Below, one piece after another: positions 1 through 11,789 of a DNA stretch of 64,000 bases. Location: positions 265,621-329,620 of the forward strand of contig CAWABA010000001.1 of the NCBI GenBank assembly GCA_963780185.1, given 5' to 3'. A program made the translations under genes and the position numbers. Source of the DNA: Candidatus Bathyarchaeota archaeon. Lineage in GTDB: Archaea; Thermoproteota; Bathyarchaeia; Bathyarchaeales; Bathycorpusculaceae. Below the pieces are notes generated by a model. That model was not told the origin of the DNA. It saw only the letters and a list, made by a program, of their open reading frames with translations, and did no database searches. Position 1 is the stretch's first letter. Each line of letters starts with the position of its first letter.

Positions 1-802
1 CCTGTATGCCCGTCATCTTCGGCAGTTTCTTTATGAATCCCAGCTTGTGGAATTCGGTTAAGCCTTTCCAGACTGCGCTTATGTTTCCCGCGTTGCCGAC
101 GGGTATTATGATTCTGTCTGGGACTTCGTAGTTGAGTTGCTCGCAGATTTCGTAGCCTAACGATTTTTGTCCTTCAATGCGGAACGGGTTAATTGAGTTA
201 AGTAGGTAAATGCTCTTGTGTTTCTCCGCCAGCTTGAGGACGAATTCTAAGGATTGGTCAAAGTTTCCGCGGACTTGCAGGACTTTGGCGCCGTGGATCA
301 TGGCTTGCGCGAGTTTGCCGTAGGCAATCTTGCCTGAGGGAATTAGAACGGTGCATTTTATTCCTGCCCTTGCAGCATAAGCAGCTAAGCTGGCGCTGGT
401 GTTTCCTGTTGAAGCGCAAATCACATGTCTGGCTCCAAGCTCGACGGCTTTTGTGACTCCGACGGTCATGCCTCGGTCTTTGAAGCTGCCTGTGGGGTTC
501 TCGCCTTCATTTTTAACGTACACTTCTTTGAGCCCTACTTCTTCGCCCAGATGACGGGAACGATGCAAGCCAGTTCCTCCTTCGCCAAGCGTGACTACAT
601 TTGCGGTTTCATGTATGGGCATGAAGTCGCGGTACCGCCAAACGGAGAGAGGCTTTGTTTTCCAGTCGCTGCCTTTGAGGGTTTGCGCTAGCTCTTTGAA
701 ATCAAATTTTATCTCTAGAATGTCTCCGCATTTTTTGCAGAAGTAGACAATCTCGTCGATGTCGTATCTTGTTTTGCAGTTAATACATTCTTGATGTACC
801 AT
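1..802 (-). CDS. thrC: Threonine synthase (3' end runs off the window)
   Basis: Manual translation from ATG at 802: MVHQECINCK...EGENPTGSFKDRG (PLP lysine), ASTGNTSASLAAYAARAG, NSINPFRIEGQK, PVGNAGN. Confidence 0.95.
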   Translation of the reverse strand, partial: MVHQECINCKTRYDIDEIVYFCKKCGDILEIKFDFKELAQTLKGSDWKTKPLSVWRYRDFMPIHETANVVTLGEGGTGLHRSRHLGEEVGLKEVYVKNEGENPTGSFKDRGMTVGVTKAVELGARHVICASTGNTSASLAAYAARAGIKCTVLIPSGKIAYGKLAQAMIHGAKVLQVRGNFDQSLEFVLKLAEKHKSIYLLNSINPFRIEGQKSLGYEICEQLNYEVPDRIIIPVGNAGNISAVWKGLTEFHKLGFIKKLPKMTGIQ

Positions 803-901
803 CTTGTTAGGTCTCCCTTTGGCAAGCGCCTTAGCTACGTTAATGAAGGCTTCTGTGAATTATCTACTCAGACGTTATTAATTTTGTTGCTTGCATTCCC
901 A

Positions 902-1480
902 CTAGCCTACAAGGTTGGATAAGGTTTCATAGACTTTCAAGCTGTCTTTTTTCTCAATAACAATGATAGTTTCAGTCCAGCAGGAAATGAACTCAACGAT
1001 GTTCACGCTTTGCTCAGCCAACAGAGTAGCTATGAATGAGACAACTCCAGGCGTAGCCTCCAACTCCTCAGGCGAATGCACAACAATCATGGTGCAGTTG
1101 TCATGTTTCATGAGGGCGTTTACTCGTTCAGGCAAATCGCTTCTGTCAAGCAAATAAACGAATTTATCAAGCAAATCCACCTTCATGCCCGTTTTGGAAT
1201 TAAATTCTTTACCCGTGATTATAACGGATTTGCGGTCGTACACGGCTATGCTGCTGCGTTTGAGAAGAAGAAGCACTTTTTCTTCTCTTTTCTGCTTGTG
1301 CTTCTGCAGCTCCTCCGAGTAGCGGCGCAGAGCGGCTTTTATCGCGCTTGGGTCATTGGTTTTTAGTTCTTTCTGTATCTGCCTTGCCAACTCGCTGAGG
1401 TTCACGATGCCTTTTTCGAGGGCTTCAAGTAGGTAAGGCTTGTTTTTTAGGTAATTTCTGACTCTTTGAGCTACACTCAT
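902..1480 (-). CDS. ACT-domain protein with N-terminal HTH-like region; putative amino-acid-responsive regulator
   Basis: VNLSELARQI...AIKAALRRY N-terminus; C-terminal ACT-like PGVVSFIATLLAEQSVNIVEFISCWTETIIVI. Confidence 0.75.
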   Translation of the reverse strand: MSVAQRVRNYLKNKPYLLEALEKGIVNLSELARQIQKELKTNDPSAIKAALRRYSEELQKHKQKREEKVLLLLKRSSIAVYDRKSVIITGKEFNSKTGMKVDLLDKFVYLLDRSDLPERVNALMKHDNCTMIVVHSPEELEATPGVVSFIATLLAEQSVNIVEFISCWTETIIVIEKKDSLKVYETLSNLVG

Positions 1481-1606
1481 GTCACTCCAAGATGTATCAA
1501 ATGGGACATTTAAGTTTTCTTAAGTAACAAAAAAGTCACAAGGTTTAAGAAGACAGGGTTCGAGGTTAGGGAAACAGTCCTAGCCAAAAAAAGGGGGAGC
1601 AAAAAA

Positions 1607-2837
1607 ATAACTGAAAAAATAGTGTTAGCTTACTCAGGCGGATTAGACACATCCGTGCTAGTCAAGTATCTCCAAGAAAAATATGATGCACAAGTAATTA
1701 CTGTTACCGTTGATGTTGGCCAACAGGAAGATCTGAAAGCAGCTGGCGAAAAAGCCAAGAAACTCGGGGTTTTGAAGCATTTCTCAATCGATGCGAAAGA
1801 CGAGTTCGCAAAAGACTACATTTTCCCAGCCATAAAAGCCAACGCCCTCTACGAGGGAAAATACCCGATAAGCACAAGTCTCTCGCGTCCGCTCATTGCG
1901 GCAAAGATGGTTGAAGTCGCTGAAAAAGAAGGCGCAACAGCTCTGGCGCACGGCTGCACAGGCAGAGGAAACGACCAAGTGCGCTTCGACGTAACCCTCG
2001 GCTCTTTGGCACCTGGCAGAAAAATCATTGCGCCCGTGCGTGAATGGGGAATGACCCGTGAAGAAGAAATCGCTTACGCAAAAACCAAAGGCATCCCTGT
2101 CAGCAACGCAGCCAAAAAATACAGCATAGATGCAAGCGTCTGGGGAAGAGCCATCGAATGCGGTTTGCTTGAAGATGCAAGCCAAGCGCCTCCTGAAGAC
2201 GCCTACGAATGGACAATTTCACCTGAAAAAGCGCCAAACACAGCCGGAAATTCGTCACTATACAATTTGAGGCTGGCGTGCCCGTGGCAGTAAACGGCAA
2301 ATCCATGTTGCCTCTGGAGCTTATTGAGGAAATGAATAAGATTGCTGGCAGAAACGGCGTTGGCAGAATCGACCACATCGAAGACCGGCTTGTCGGCATA
2401 AAGTCAAGGGAAGTTTACGAGTGCCCAGCCGCGACCGTGATTTTGGAAGCTCATAAAGACCTTGAAAAAATGGTTATGACTCGGCATCAAGTTCTGTTTA
2501 AGCAGCAAATTGATGCGGAATGGGTGTTCTTGGCTTACGCGGGTTTATGGGTTGACCCGCTTAAAGACGACTTGGATGCATTCATCAACAAGTCGCAGGA
2601 AAACGTGACTGGCGAAGTTAAGCTTAAGCTGTACAAGGGCAGCATGCAGGTTATCGGACGTTCCTCGGCAATGTCGCTCTATGACAAGAACCTGGCGAAC
2701 TACAACATCAAAACCAGCTTTTGACCAGTCGTACTCGCAAGGGCTTTATTGAACTGTGGGGGCTCCAAACAAGAATGTACAATGCCCTCAAGAAAACCAG
2801 CAAAAAACCCGCTGAGAAAGGCAAGAAAACCAAGTAG
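1607..2837 (+). CDS. argG: Argininosuccinate synthase (indels near 2245 and 2720-2745)
   Basis: [41 protein letters not shown]; C-terminus FDQ...GFIELWGLQ recovered in shifted frames to TAG 2835-2837. Confidence 0.95.
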
Positions 2838-2864
2838 TAAACCTGGAAACGGAGAAGCTGAGAA

Positions 2865-4384
2865 GTGTCGAAGATACTGCATGGTGGGCGGCTCTCGTCT
2901 ATGCGTGAAGACGTAGCAAAGTTTACTTCTTCCCGAAAAGACGACGAACGCTTAGCCAACGCGGTAGTCGACATCAACCTAGCCCACGTTGTAATGCTCA
3001 TAGAGCAGAAAATAATTCAGCCGCAAGATGGAGGCAAAATCCTCAAAGCCCTCCAAAAACTCGCAAACGCCCCGCTTGACCCTGCAGCTGAAGACGTTCA
3101 CATGGCGGTTGAAGAAGCCGTCCTCAAAGCGACAGGACCAGAAGTCGGCGGAAACCTTCACATCGCAAAAAGCAGAAACGACCAAGTCACAACAGCCATT
3201 CGCATGCAGCTCCGAAATGAACTCGTCGGGCTTATGCTTCAGGTGCTTCAAATGCAGGAAAGCCTCTTGGAAGCCGCGGGTAAACACGTCGACACCGTCA
3301 TTTTGGAGTACACTCACTTGCAGGCGGCGCAACCCGTCACGTTCGCCCACTACCTGCTATCACACGTTCAAGCTTTGGAACGGGACTTGAAGCGGCTTGT
3401 AAGGCGCTTATGAACGGGTTAACCTGTGTCCTCTTGGCGCAGGCGCGTTGGCCACGACAAGTTTTCCGATAAACCGTGAAAGAACCGCCGCCCTCTTGGG
3501 GTTCAATTCGGTGCTGGAGAACTCGATTGACGCGGTTGGCAGCCGAGACTTCATCCTTGAAACTCAAGGCGCACTCACCCTGCTGGCGATAAATCTGAGT
3601 CGTCTGGCGGAGGATTTGATAATTTGGAGTTCACAAGAGTTCGGCACGGTTGAGTTGCCTGACGAATTCACCTCTACAAGCAGCATTATGCCGCAGAAGA
3701 AGAATCCTGAGGTGCTCGAAGTGATTCGTGCAAGAGCCAGCTACGCCCTTGGCGATTTCGTAGCCTCAGCCGCAGCCCTCAAAAGCCTGCCGACAGTTTA
3801 CAACTTGGATTTTCAAGAGGTAACACCCAAACTTTGGGCTTCAACAAACAACCTCTCCAGCCTCACTTGCCATATTCACTTCGCTTATCCCCCAGCTTAA
3901 GGTGTCCTCAAACGTAGAAGCCAAAGCCGCGGCATCCTTCGCGGGTGCAACGGAGCTTGCAAACATGCTTGTACTGAAGTACAATGTTGCGTTCCGAACG
4001 TCGCATAAGATTGTGGGTGCTCTTGTTAAGTCGCTTGTTGATTCAAAGAAGACTTTGCTGGATGCAACGCCCCAACTGCTTCAGACGATAGCTCAGGAAG
4101 CTGCAGGCGTAAAGTTGTCTGTTAAAATGGAAGACATCGTTGACTGCACGGATCCCCGCAAACTAGTCGAAACATATAAGGTGCTTGGGGGGCCTTCAGC
4201 CGTCGAGGTTGAAAGAAGCATAAAAACAAGCAAGAAAAACATGGCAGATGCCAAAAGCAACATAGTTAAACTTAAAAACAAGATTGCAGATGCACAAAGG
4301 AACCTTAACAGCGTCGCGGAATCTTACACTTCAAACACGCGGTCCGTAACTGAAAACGTAAGATTTAAAAATCCAAACTTATAG
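2865..4384 (+). CDS. argH: Argininosuccinate lyase (indels near 3400 and 3870-3900)
   Basis: [16 protein letters not shown], fumarase/ASL signature [12 protein letters not shown], spread over three ORF pieces. Confidence 0.95.
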
Positions 4385-4385
4385 G

Positions 4386-5544
4386 TTGAATAGGGCTTTG
4401 GTCCCACAACATAGCACGTTCGAAAAAAGTAAAAAAGCAATTCTGCTTCTCGAAGACGGAACGTCATTTGTCGGTAACGGTTTTGGAGCAACAGGAAAAA
4501 TCTCAGGCGAGGTTGTTTTCTCAACTCAGATGGTTGGCTATCCAGAAGCGTTAACTGACCCATCGTATAAAGGTCAAGTTTTAACCCTGACTTACCCGAT
4601 GATAGGCAACTACGGCGTTCCATCAAACGAGTTGAACCTTGGCTTACCGCTTTACTTTGAATCAGACCACATTCAAGTTCAAGGATTAGTAATCCACGAA
4701 TTATGCCACCAACCTTTCCATTGGGCATCAACAAGAACCCTGGACAAGTGGCTGCTTGACGAAGGCATCCCCGGAATATACGGCGTAGACACTCGGCGCC
4801 TAACAAAGAAACTGAGAACCCACGGTGTCATGCTGGGGGTTCTGCAGGTTTTCGATGAGGGCGAAAAACCAGATTTGGAAGCCGTCCTAAAAGACGGGAA
4901 AAACATAGCTGATCCCAACTTGACCGACTTAGTTAAGGAAGTGTCCGTGAAGCAACCCGTCAAGTATGAGTGTAGATGGCAGAAAAACCGTTGTTTTAAT
5001 TGACTGCGGAGTAAAATACAGCATCATCCGCAACCTGCTTAAACGAGGCATAAACGTTGTCCGCGTGCCCTATGACACTTCAGCCAGTGAAGTTTTAGCT
5101 TACAACCCCGACGGCGTCTTCCTAAGCAACGGACCAGGCGACCCGAAAAAATGCGTGAAAACAATCAACTGCGTCCGCGAAGTAGTCGACAAAGTTCCGT
5201 TCATGGGCATCTGCCTTGGCGCCCAAATCCTTGCATTGGCTATGGGAGGCGATACGTACAAGTTGAAGTTCGGTCACCGCGCACAGAACCAGCCCGCTCT
5301 TGACCTGAGCAGTCAGAGATGCTACATCACAACTCAAAATCACGGTTACGCAGTCAACATCGAATCCCTAAAGAAAACCCCGCTTGAAACATGGTTCCTA
5401 AACCCCAACGACAAAACAACGGAAGGCGTCAAACACAAAAACAAACCCGTCTTCGCGGTGCAGTGGCACCCTGAAGCTTCTCCGGGACCATACGACACCG
5501 AGTTGCTGTTTGACAAATTCGCCAAAACCTTGGAGGCTCCTTAA
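4386..5544 (+). CDS. carA: Carbamoyl-phosphate synthase small subunit (indel near 4965)
   Basis: GEVVFSTQMVGYPEALTDPSY, SNGPGDP, GICLG, QNHGY, QWHPEASPGP. Confidence 0.95.
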
Positions 5545-8500
5545 ATGCCGAAGTTTGACTGGATTAAGAAGGTGCTGGTTCTCGGAAGTGGCGCCATAAA
5601 AATCGGGGAAGCAGCCGAATTTGACTATTCAGGAAGCCAATGCCTCAAGGCTCTCAAAGAAGAAGGCATAGAAACCGTTTTGGTTAACCCTAACATAGCG
5701 ACTATTCAGACTGACCCGCGGCTCTCAGGAAAAGTCTACCTTTTACCCGTTACACCCGAATACGTCGAGCGCGTTATCGAGAAAGAACGTCCCGACGGTA
5801 TCCTGCTGGGTTTCGGCGGACAAACCGCCCTTAACTGCGGTCTCGAACTTGACAAGAAAGGCATTCTGCAGAAGTATAACGTTAAGGTTTTAGGTACTCC
5901 CATTCACTCGATTGAAGATACAGGTGACCGCGAACGGTTCCGCCAAGCGATGCTTAAAGCAGATGTTCCGCCCCTTAACAGCAAGTCAGCCACCACCGTT
6001 GAGCAAGCTTTGAACGTGGCGGCAGAGATCGGTTACCCCGTCATCGTTCGTGTTGCTTATACTCTCGGCGGCAAAGGCGCAGGTGTATGCCGCAACCCTG
6101 AGGAACTCAAGGAAACTGCCACGCGCGGGTTGGCTCAGAGCAGAATCAGCCAGATACTTATTGAAGAGTATGTTGGGCACTGGAAAGAAGTCGAATACGA
6201 GGTTATGCGTGACTACGCAGACAACTGCTTAACGGTCTGCAACATGGAGAACTTTGACCCGATGGGCGTCCACACGGGAGACTCAATCGTTGTTGCACCG
6301 TCGCAGACCATGAGCAACCGCGAATATCACCTTATCCGCTCAACCTCAATAAACGCCATACGCGCCCTGGGTATTGTGGGCGAATGCAACATACAGTGGG
6401 CTCTGCATCCACGCTCTGAAGAGTACCGTGTCATCGAAGTTAACTCACGCATGTCCCGAAGCAGCGCGTTAGCCAGCAAAGTCACAGGCTACCCGTTGGC
6501 GTACATCGCCACGAAGCTCACTTTGGGTTACTTGCTTCCTGAACTCATCAACAAAGTAACCGAAGTCACAACCGCCTGCTTCGAACCCGCCCTGGACTAC
6601 ATAACCGTGAAGATTCCGCGTTGGGACCTGCAGAAATTCAAGAACGCTGACCGCCATGTTGGTCCCCAGATGCGTTCCGTCGGCGAAGTGATGGCTATCG
6701 GACGCTGCTTTGAAGAGGCACTGCAGAAAGCCGTCCGCATGCTCGACACAGGCAAAATAGGTTTGGTATGCAACCCTGAAGATGACGAACCTGAAAGCGA
6801 GGCGCGGATACGCGATGCAGTCGAAAACCCCACTGACGAACGGCTCTACAAGCTTGTTAAAGCCCTGAAAATGGGCATATCCGTCGCTGAAATTTACCGT
6901 TTAAGCGGCGTCGACCCATTCTTTCTCTACAAAATCCAAAACATCATCGACATGGAAACCAAGCTGCGCGGGTTAAACTTGGCTGATGATTCGGCGGCGG
7001 AAGTGATCCGTGAAGCTAAACGCTTAGGTTTCTCAGATGAGCAAATCGCTGTCTGCCAAAAGACCGATGAATTCACAATCAGGGGCTATCGCAAGGGCGC
7101 AAACATAGTTCCAGTTATCAAACAGATTGACACGTTGGCGGCGGAGTGGCCTGCAAAAACCAACTATCTCTACTTGACCTACGGCGGCGACGAAGACGAC
7201 ATCGAACTGAAAAACGACGTAAGCAAAGTCATCGTGCTTGGCGCAGGCGTTTTTCGGATAGGTTCAAGCGTCGAGTTTGACTGGTGCGGCGTAAACACGA
7301 TTTGGGCGCTGAAGAAGAACGGTATCCAAGAAGCAATCATGGTTAACTACAACCCTGAAACCGTCTCCACCGACTACGACGTGTCCGACAAACTATACTT
7401 CGAAGAACTCTCAATCGAACGCATACTGGACATTTACGAGAAAGAGAACCCGATGGGCGTCATCACCAGCGTCGGCGGACAAATCCCAAACAACCTTGCA
7501 ATGGGGCTTTCCCAAAAAGGCGTCAAACTTCTGGGCACCTCAGCTGAAAACGTTGATTTAGCTGAAGACCGCTCAAAATTCAGCGCACTTCTGGATCAAC
7601 TTCAAATCTGCCAGCCAAGCTGGAGTAAACTCCTCTCCATCAGCGAGGCGAAGCGGTTTGCGGAAAAGATCGGTTACCCCGTTCTTGTGCGTCCAAGCTA
7701 CGTGCTGTCAGGTTCAGCTATGCGTGTGGCTTACAATGAGACAGCGCTTGAGAACTTTTTGAAGTTAGCGGCGAAGGTTTCACGTGACCACCCCGTTGTC
7801 ATCAGCAAATTCATCGACCACGCCAAAGAGGTTGAGGTAGACGGGGTTTCAGACGGAGAAAACGTCCTTATCGGCGCCATCATGGAGCATGTGGAGTACG
7901 CGGGCGTGCACAGCGGCGACGCAACCATGACTATCCCGCCTCAGGCACTAAAGGTTGAGGTTCAGCAGAACATCGCGAACTGCACGGAACGTATCGTCAG
8001 AGCGCTTAACATCCATGGACCCTACAACATCCAGTACCTGGTTAAAGACGACGTCGTCAACGTCATCGAATGCAACCTCCGCGCATCCCGATCAATGCCC
8101 TTCGTCAGCAAAACAAGAGGAATAAACCTGATTGAGCTGGCGACTTTGGCGATGCTGGGCAAAAAAATCGACGTGCTCAAACTGTCGCCTATGACCACGG
8201 CTAAACACGTCGGCGTGAAGGTTCCTCAGTTCAGTTTCATGCGTTTAGCGGTGCTGATCCTGTGTTGGGCGTTGAAATGCTTAGCACAGGCGAGGTCGCT
8301 TGTTTAGGTGAAAACTTCTCCGATGCCTTCTCCAAGGCGCTGCGTTCCGCGGAATTCAGCATACCTGACAGGGACGGCTCGGTTTTCATAAGCGTCGGCG
8401 GCAGCATCGAACGCAAAAAGAGAGTCGTGCCTATCGCCCAGGCTTTTGTGGACTTGGGCTTCAAGATCTACGCGACGGACCACACGGCTGACGTGCTTTG

Positions 8501-8819
8501 CGGTTCAGGCGTTGCTGCTGTAAAGCTCTTTAAGGTGAAGGAGGCTGGGGCTACGCCTAACGTGTTGGATTATTTGCAGGAACGCAAAATCGATTTGGTC
8601 ATCAACGTGCCTATGGCTAATCGGCAGACCAGCATCAGCGAAATCTTGACCGATGGCTACATTATTCGGCGTCAAGCCGTAGAATTCAACGTGCCCGTCA
8701 TAACTAACCTGCAGTTAGCCGCCGCTCTCGTCGAAGTGCTTAAGCATAAAAGCAAGAACGGCACCACTATCCGTAGCCTAAACGAGTACATGGATGATTT
8801 GCCCTGGAAAATGTGGTAG
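5545..8819 (+). CDS. carB: Carbamoyl-phosphate synthase large subunit (indel near 8245)
   Basis: GSGAIKIGEAAEFDYSG, duplicated ATP-grasp domains, GVHTGDS and GVHSGDA; C-terminal MGS-like domain in ORF 8262-8819. Confidence 0.96.
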
Positions 8820-8896
8820 CTCAACCCCGTTTTTTAGGAGTTTTGCACGCAATGTTTTATCAATCAACGCCTCCATAATTACCCGCGGCGAAAGTT

Positions 8897-9430
8897 GTGC
8901 TTTACAAAACCGCTACATTGAAAAATGGGCAAACTGCGTCTTTGAGTTGGCTCTCTGAAGCTGACCTTGCCGAAGTCGTTGCGGCTCTCAACAGCGTGAT
9001 TCGAGAACAAAAGTATCTGCTGCAGGTCAACGAGATACGTGACCTTGACGCTGAGCGGCGCTGGTTTTTGGATGCGGAAGAAGCTGGGATGCGTTACCTC
9101 GTTGCCCGAGTAGACGGCAAAGTAGTCGGCGGAGCAAACATAGCGCCCCGCGCAGGCAAAAGAAGCCACATCGCCGAATTCGGCATCTACATAATCAAAA
9201 GCCACCGCGACCTCGGACTCGGAACCATCCTAACCAAAGCATTCATCGACTTCGCCAAAAAAAGCCAATTCGAAATCATCCAACTATCCCTATTCTCCAC
9301 CAACAAACGCGCACTGCACGTCTACAAAAAATGCGGCTTCAGAAAAATCGGAAAACTAACCCACGACATCAAACTCCCCGACCAAACCTACACCGACAGA
9401 ATCATAATGGAACAACTCCTAACCCACTAG
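8897..9430 (+). CDS. GNAT family N-acetyltransferase
   Basis: HRDLGLGTIL acetyl-CoA motif A; NKRALHVYKKCGF motif B. Confidence 0.9.
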   Translation: MLYKTATLKNGQTASLSWLSEADLAEVVAALNSVIREQKYLLQVNEIRDLDAERRWFLDAEEAGMRYLVARVDGKVVGGANIAPRAGKRSHIAEFGIYIIKSHRDLGLGTILTKAFIDFAKKSQFEIIQLSLFSTNKRALHVYKKCGFRKIGKLTHDIKLPDQTYTDRIIMEQLLTH

Positions 9431-9723
9431 CCTTTCCTAATTCTGGGATTCCGTGAAGCCTTAAACAAGAACCCTTTTAAAAGCTTTCATAAAAACGATT
9501 CAAGGAAGCTTTTCTTTTATTCTTCTTGTTGGTGTGCTATTGCAGTCACAAACTTTAATTAGTTTTCATTGAAAATTCAAATACAGATTAATGAGTCACA
9601 GGCTCTTTATTGCTGAGATAATTAACTATTAATTTGCTAAGTTCGCAAAACTTAAATACCAAGAGGGTTTAAACCTTGAAACTCGATAAGAAAACAGCAA
9701 GGGAAAAAAAGAAGAGAGAGAAT

Positions 9724-9993
9724 ATGCCGCTCTTGGTTGAAACGCCTAATTCCGAACCAAACATGTCGCAACAACGTGAAAATCTGCGAGCCGATTACAA
9801 GTGGATTTCCACACAAGAAGAAACTTTGCGTAAAAAATACCTTAACAAGTACGTTGCAGTTAAAAACAAAGAAGTTTTGTTTGCTGATGACAATGCTTAC
9901 ACGCTGATTGATAATCTTAAAGCTAAAGGCATCTCAGTCAGCAATACCGCCATAAAATTCCTTAGCGACCACCCTACTTGTTTCCTACTGTAG
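9724..9993 (+). CDS. DUF5678-like small protein
   Basis: DYKWIS..EETLRKKYLNKYVAVKNKEVLFADDN pattern; lies directly upstream of a retropepsin gene. Confidence 0.7.
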   Translation: MPLLVETPNSEPNMSQQRENLRADYKWISTQEETLRKKYLNKYVAVKNKEVLFADDNAYTLIDNLKAKGISVSNTAIKFLSDHPTCFLL

Positions 9994-10003
9994 AGCGCTT
10001 TTT

Positions 10004-10494
10004 TTGTCTGTAATAGCTGATATTTACCCCAGTTCGCCTGCTCGCCACCAAATTGGCACGCGCAAATAATTGGCACTTTGAAATGTGCTTGTTTACATAG
10101 AGTTAATTCGGAAAACATTACCTTTTTTGTGGATTCAGGCTCATCCGTTACCACCTTGTTGCCTTTTGATGTCGATAGACTCGGAATAGACTATAATGCG
10201 TTACGCTATGCAGACGATCCATGCACTACTGCAACGGGCGAAAGAGTTTTCCCAAAAATCCTACCAAAAGTAGAATTAACCCTAAATTCGTTTGATGCGA
10301 ACGGTAAAAGCAAAGAGGATATTTTTGTTCTGCCCTACGTTAACTGTATGAAACCGCCTCAGGCACTTGACAGACGACTTCCCTCTGAAATTTTCACATA
10401 CAGCCTATTGGGTATGGATGTTCTCCATAATTTTAGAGAGTGGCATTGGGATTTTGATGCTGGAGAATTGCGTCTAAGTTATAACACTAAATGA
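10004..10494 (+). CDS. Retropepsin-like (clan AA) aspartyl protease; probable 1-nt deletion near 10024
   Basis: FFVDSGSSVT catalytic motif and SLLGMDVL motif; frame open back to 10021, and a TTG start at 10004 fits if a T run is one base short. Confidence 0.85.
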
Positions 10495-10525
10495 ATGAGC
10501 GCAAATTGAAAGACATCTAAATTGC

Positions 10526-11071
10526 TTATGATGTAGTGGAATTTAGGATTCCGATGATTCTTTGGCATTTGTCGTTGACCAATTTCCAAAATGTCTCAAG
10601 CTCGTCCACTGCGGCAAGCTTGGAGTATCCAGCTGGAGGCGCTCTTGGATCTAAAACTAAACTGGCGCCTGGTTTCGCTCCCGCACGAAAATGGAAAGGG
10701 TTCACCCCGCAGTGATTAACCCAAATGTTGAAAACTACAATTCTAAAATGGCTTCCCTCCTCCGAATAAGGGTCACGGGGAAGAGGCAGCCAACGCTGGT
10801 CACCCGACCTAGTAGTCGGATACAACTCGCTTAACAGAGATTTTATCGGGTCACTAGCCGCTAATCTGGCTGATACCGTTCTCACACCTGCCCGTTCAGG
10901 GTCCAAGCCAAGGCTTCGTTTTTCGTTGATTACTTGAGCAAGAATCTCTACCGCCCCGACGAGATGAAAGAAAAACTCCTCAATCAGCATCTGCCTATCC
11001 TCAGATTTCGTACCCACCAAATCTCCGCCATTAAGCATCTGCAAGTCATCTAATCTTCGGTGAGCAAACAA
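10526..11071 (-). CDS. Hypothetical protein, HEPN-like helical fold suspected
   Basis: EEFFFHLVGAVEILAQVINE resembles the HEPN N-terminal helix; NIWVNH sits where Rx4H is expected; start codon uncertain. Confidence 0.45.
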   Translation of the reverse strand: MFAHRRLDDLQMLNGGDLVGTKSEDRQMLIEEFFFHLVGAVEILAQVINEKRSLGLDPERAGVRTVSARLAASDPIKSLLSELYPTTRSGDQRWLPLPRDPYSEEGSHFRIVVFNIWVNHCGVNPFHFRAGAKPGASLVLDPRAPPAGYSKLAAVDELETFWKLVNDKCQRIIGILNSTTS

Positions 11072-11282
11072 AAGATTGTCACTTACTGCATGAACATCCG
11101 TAACTTTTGCACCTTAGCTAATGAACTGCATAACAAAGATATTAAATTTAAATTTACGATTTTTCACCTGAACCCCGAAACTAGAAAACCAGCGGAAAAA
11201 TGTGGAACAATCATCGGAGGGGCAAATGGAAAACGCGAGCAAAGAAATGGAAAAAAGAATATAACTGGTTGTTATTTTCGTT

Positions 11283-11787
11283 TTATTCCATGGTGATGTT
11301 GCCTGAGTCATCTATACGGGCTACTTGCCACTCATATTTGTATGAGTCAACTGCTTTCTTGATTTGGTTTCGAATAGGAGCAAGCGTTTTACATTGCTCT
11401 CTAGGCTAACAGAAGAATGTCACTGATTTCTTCTTCGTTTGTCATGCCATTAAATGCAATAAAGTCTATTGGATTGAATATTGGCTTTACATCATAGGGG
11501 TTAAGTTTTAGCCTCTGCAAGGATGGGCATATTGCCTTGTAGAACGCTTTTTCAGCTTCTTTCCTCCCTTTTTCTATTTCTTCCTGCCGCATCTTCTCCT
11601 TCTGTTCGCTAAAGGCTTGTTCTTCAAGAGATAGCTTGGTGCTATCAATGTCAAATTGGTCTAACCACGTTTTTTCCGCCGTTTCAGCCTTAGATTTTAA
11701 CTGTAAGTCTGATACACGGTGTAGCTTTCCACAGGGGCAGACAGCCAGAATTTTTCTGAATTGTTGATATTCTTCAAAAAGGCTCAT
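11283..11787 (-). CDS. Endonuc_Holl-like PD-(D/E)XK paralog lacking the ExK motif (indel near 11403)
   Basis: CPCG, DVKPIFNPIDFIAFNG; removing one base continues LAREQCKTLAPIRNQIKKAVDSYKYEWQVARIDDSGNITME to TAA at 11283. Confidence 0.75.
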
Positions 11788-11789
11788 TT

